A stretch of 63,291 nt of DNA from positions 1-63,291 of the forward strand of contig JAWOEZ010000023.1 of NCBI GenBank assembly GCA_046482435.1, given 5' to 3'. Source of the DNA: Halanaerobiales bacterium. GTDB lineage: Bacteria > Bacillota > Halanaerobiia > Halanaerobiales > M55B127. The notes under the pieces are model-generated. The model was not told the DNA's origin. It did not search any database and worked only from the letters and a program-made list of their open reading frames with translations. Made by a program: the position numbers and the translations under genes. Within the stretch, counting starts at the first letter, position 1. Every line of letters starts with the position of its first letter. This document shows positions 61,654 to 63,291 of this stretch, in pieces.

Positions 61654-62301
61654 ATGGAAGAATTGTTTTTTGGTGTATATAAAATACCGTTAACAATAAA
61701 CGGAATAATTAATATTACAAAAGAACAATTAGAAAAGAAAATTAAAAGAGCTCAATTACGACTAAAAGAATTTTCTGTTAAATATGGTTGGGAAGATTAT
61801 ATTAAAGAACCCTTTTTAAAAAATGTTTTCATTTATGATAAACAATCAAAATTAATAAATAAATTAGTTGAAATCAGCAATTTAAATAAAGAAGATTTTC
61901 CTGAGAAGATTTCAGCTGTAATTAATAATAAGAACTTATATATTCTTTCTCCTGAAAACTATTTAAGAGTTTATCCTGAAGGTGAAGAAGTTAAATCTTA
62001 CGAGAAACTAATTACACATGAATTAGCACATGAACTTCATATGAGAATATTAGGTGGGAAAGAAGAATTAATGGGGCCTATATGGTTTTATGAAGGTTTT
62101 GCAGTATTTGCAGCTGATCAATTCAAAAATTATAAACTGGAAACATCAGAGATATGGGAAGTTATAAATTCTGAGAAAAGAATTACTTATAAATATTATG
62201 GAGCTATTATAAGGTTTCTTTTAAATAAGGTAACCTTAAACCAACTTGTAAAAAAGGCAAAAAAAGAAGATTTTGTAGATTGGGTAAAGAATTTGTATTA
62301 A
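61654..62301 (+). CDS. putative metallopeptidase-like protein (HExxH)
   Basis: ITHELAHELH motif followed by FYEGFA. Alternative GTG start at 61600. Confidence 0.6.
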   Translation: MEELFFGVYKIPLTINGIINITKEQLEKKIKRAQLRLKEFSVKYGWEDYIKEPFLKNVFIYDKQSKLINKLVEISNLNKEDFPEKISAVINNKNLYILSPENYLRVYPEGEEVKSYEKLITHELAHELHMRILGGKEELMGPIWFYEGFAVFAADQFKNYKLETSEIWEVINSEKRITYKYYGAIIRFLLNKVTLNQLVKKAKKEDFVDWVKNLY

Positions 62302-62424
62302 TATAATTAATAATAACAAAAACATCCTAACTTAAGGCTACTTAAGTAGAGTTAAACAAAAGTATAACTGTACATAAGTACTTATCATATTGATAAAAAT
62401 GAAAATTCATTGGGGGTTTCACAT

Positions 62425-62742
62425 ATGGAAATTTCTGAACTGCAAGGAGAAGTATCTGAATTTGTTAAAGAATAGGAACTAGAAAGAAAAATAGAAATTA
62501 GATTGCTTGATCTTATGTCCGAGTTAGGAGAGTTATCTAAAGAAAGTTTAAAAAGTTCTGATTATGGAAAAGCAAAATTTAAGCCGACCGATAAATGGGT
62601 TAATGAATTAGGAGATGTTTTATTTTCTTTGCTTTGTGTAGCAAATAATACTGAAGTTGATTTAGAAGTAGCTTTGAATAAGGCACTTAATAAATACAGA
62701 AAAAGATTTAATAAAAAAGGAAATATAGGTTCTGAAAAATAA
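62425..62742 (+). pseudogene. MazG-like nucleotide pyrophosphohydrolase interrupted by one in-frame TAG
   Basis: MEISELQGEVSEFVKE-TAG(62473-62475)-ELERKIEIRLLDLMSELGELSKE...ELGDVLFSLL. The stop sits where MazG proteins normally continue. Same frame as track ORF 62503-62742. Confidence 0.7.
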
Positions 62743-62747
62743 AAAGT

Positions 62748-62830
62748 GTTTAGGTAATAATTCGTATAACAATGTCTTAGTGTCATCTGATCTAATGGGA
62801 TGAATGAGATTCCTTATATTAGCCTTTAAC
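62748..62830. repeat. post-ORF spacer, family 2
   Basis: Starts with GTTTAGG and ends with CCTTTAAC. tcgtataacaatgtcttagtgtcatctga (62762-62790) is 22/29 identical by hand count to 58069-58097. Confidence 0.55.
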
Positions 62831-63032
62831 ATTTATATGAAAGTTTAGTTTTATAAGAGTAAGTTTAGAAATCCCATAGTTTAAAGATATTAGTTCAAAT
62901 ACAACAGAGAGACGAGCAATCCTTGTTCTAATTATTGATAGGATGAGTATTTGAAAGCTTAATACAAAATTGTTTAAATTGTAAAATGAAAAACTTTTAT
63001 AAAACAAACAGGAATTCAAGGAGGAAATTACG

Positions 63033-63116
63033 ATGAGTAAATCAATCAGAACAGATATTACAATACGTCCCAAAACCCATAAAGATTATAAAGATATTGT
63101 ATCTTGTAAGTGTTAA
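63033..63116 (+). pseudogene. 5' fragment of a GNAT-like gene (27 codons)
   Basis: AGGAGG RBS, then MSKSIRTDITIRPKTHKDYKDIVS (typical GNAT N-terminus), then CKC-stop. Possibly truncated by an insertion starting near 63105. Confidence 0.35.
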
Positions 63117-63233
63117 ACTGAAATGGAGAATAAATGTTCAACAAAAATGGAGAACTCATTTCCAAAAGATAGCCACTTTCTGGTATAATTATTAATTATC
63201 ATAATATAATATCAGAAAGGGAGGCTAACCCTA

Positions 63234-63291
63234 TTGAAAGGATGGAAAATGTACAGTAAAATACATCAATTAAAAGAAGATAAGTTAAGTA
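63234..63291 (+). CDS. partial CDS at window edge, possibly an IS21-type transposase N-terminus
   Basis: AAAGGGAGG RBS, TTG 63234, then LKGWKMYSKIHQLKEDKLS. This resembles the M..I..L...G.S HTH start of IstA-like proteins. Only 19 codons are visible. Confidence 0.3.
   Translation, partial: MKGWKMYSKIHQLKEDKLS

Noticed and set aside
53281-62830. Canonical integron attC assignment (R'' RYYYAAC ... R' GTTRRRY) for the spacers.
   Set aside because: I could not place the two boxes in the canonical order and spacing in any spacer. Where GTT and AAC boxes exist they are mirrored or single. The spacers are therefore reported only as attC-like in architecture, not as attC.
62819-63073. 84-aa minus-strand ORF.
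   Set aside because: It covers spacer DNA and the RBS and start of the + strand GNAT stub. It has no RBS of its own.

Overview
Low-GC bacterial chromosome segment. Gene content and a TolC/RND tripartite pump point to a diderm Firmicute of the Halanaerobiales type (inference only). I see five blocks.
(1) 0.6-21 kb is core housekeeping: ferredoxin, glyA, HAD, radical SAM, glucokinase, lipid genes, then the conserved string rapZ-yvcK-whiA-rpoN-cggR-gap-pgk-tpiA-gpmI-eno.
(2) 21-33.8 kb looks like accessory DNA lying between eno and secG. It holds an AT-rich gap with a zinc-ribbon ORF and a TetR-TolC-MFP-RND efflux operon. It also holds a rearranged locus in which a DUF3307 + tandem-SatD gene pair sits among intact and decayed pRiA4b-ORF3-like genes, a repeated 31-nt motif, a frameshifted paralogue and an IS200-type remnant.
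(3) 33.8-39.8 kb is core: secG, hppA, thioesterase, HD hydrolase, rnr, smpB.
(4) 39.8-52.2 kb is accessory metabolism and detoxification: GH32, PduO-type adenosyltransferase + cytoplasmic RdhA-like protein, esterase, a GNAT-dense cluster, nitroreductase, methyltransferase, UPF0158 module.
(5) 52.5-63.3 kb is the most unusual part. It is a co-oriented array of one- or two-gene modules (GNAT, DUF3024, Doc/AbrB TA, SEC-C, Fic, amidohydrolases, HExxH proteins, decayed genes). Most modules are followed directly after the stop codon by a non-coding spacer; seven spacers fall into two related families of long imperfect palindromes. This resembles an integron-like cassette array (no integrase in the window), but the sites are not canonical attC.
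No rRNA, tRNA, tmRNA or CRISPR array was found.
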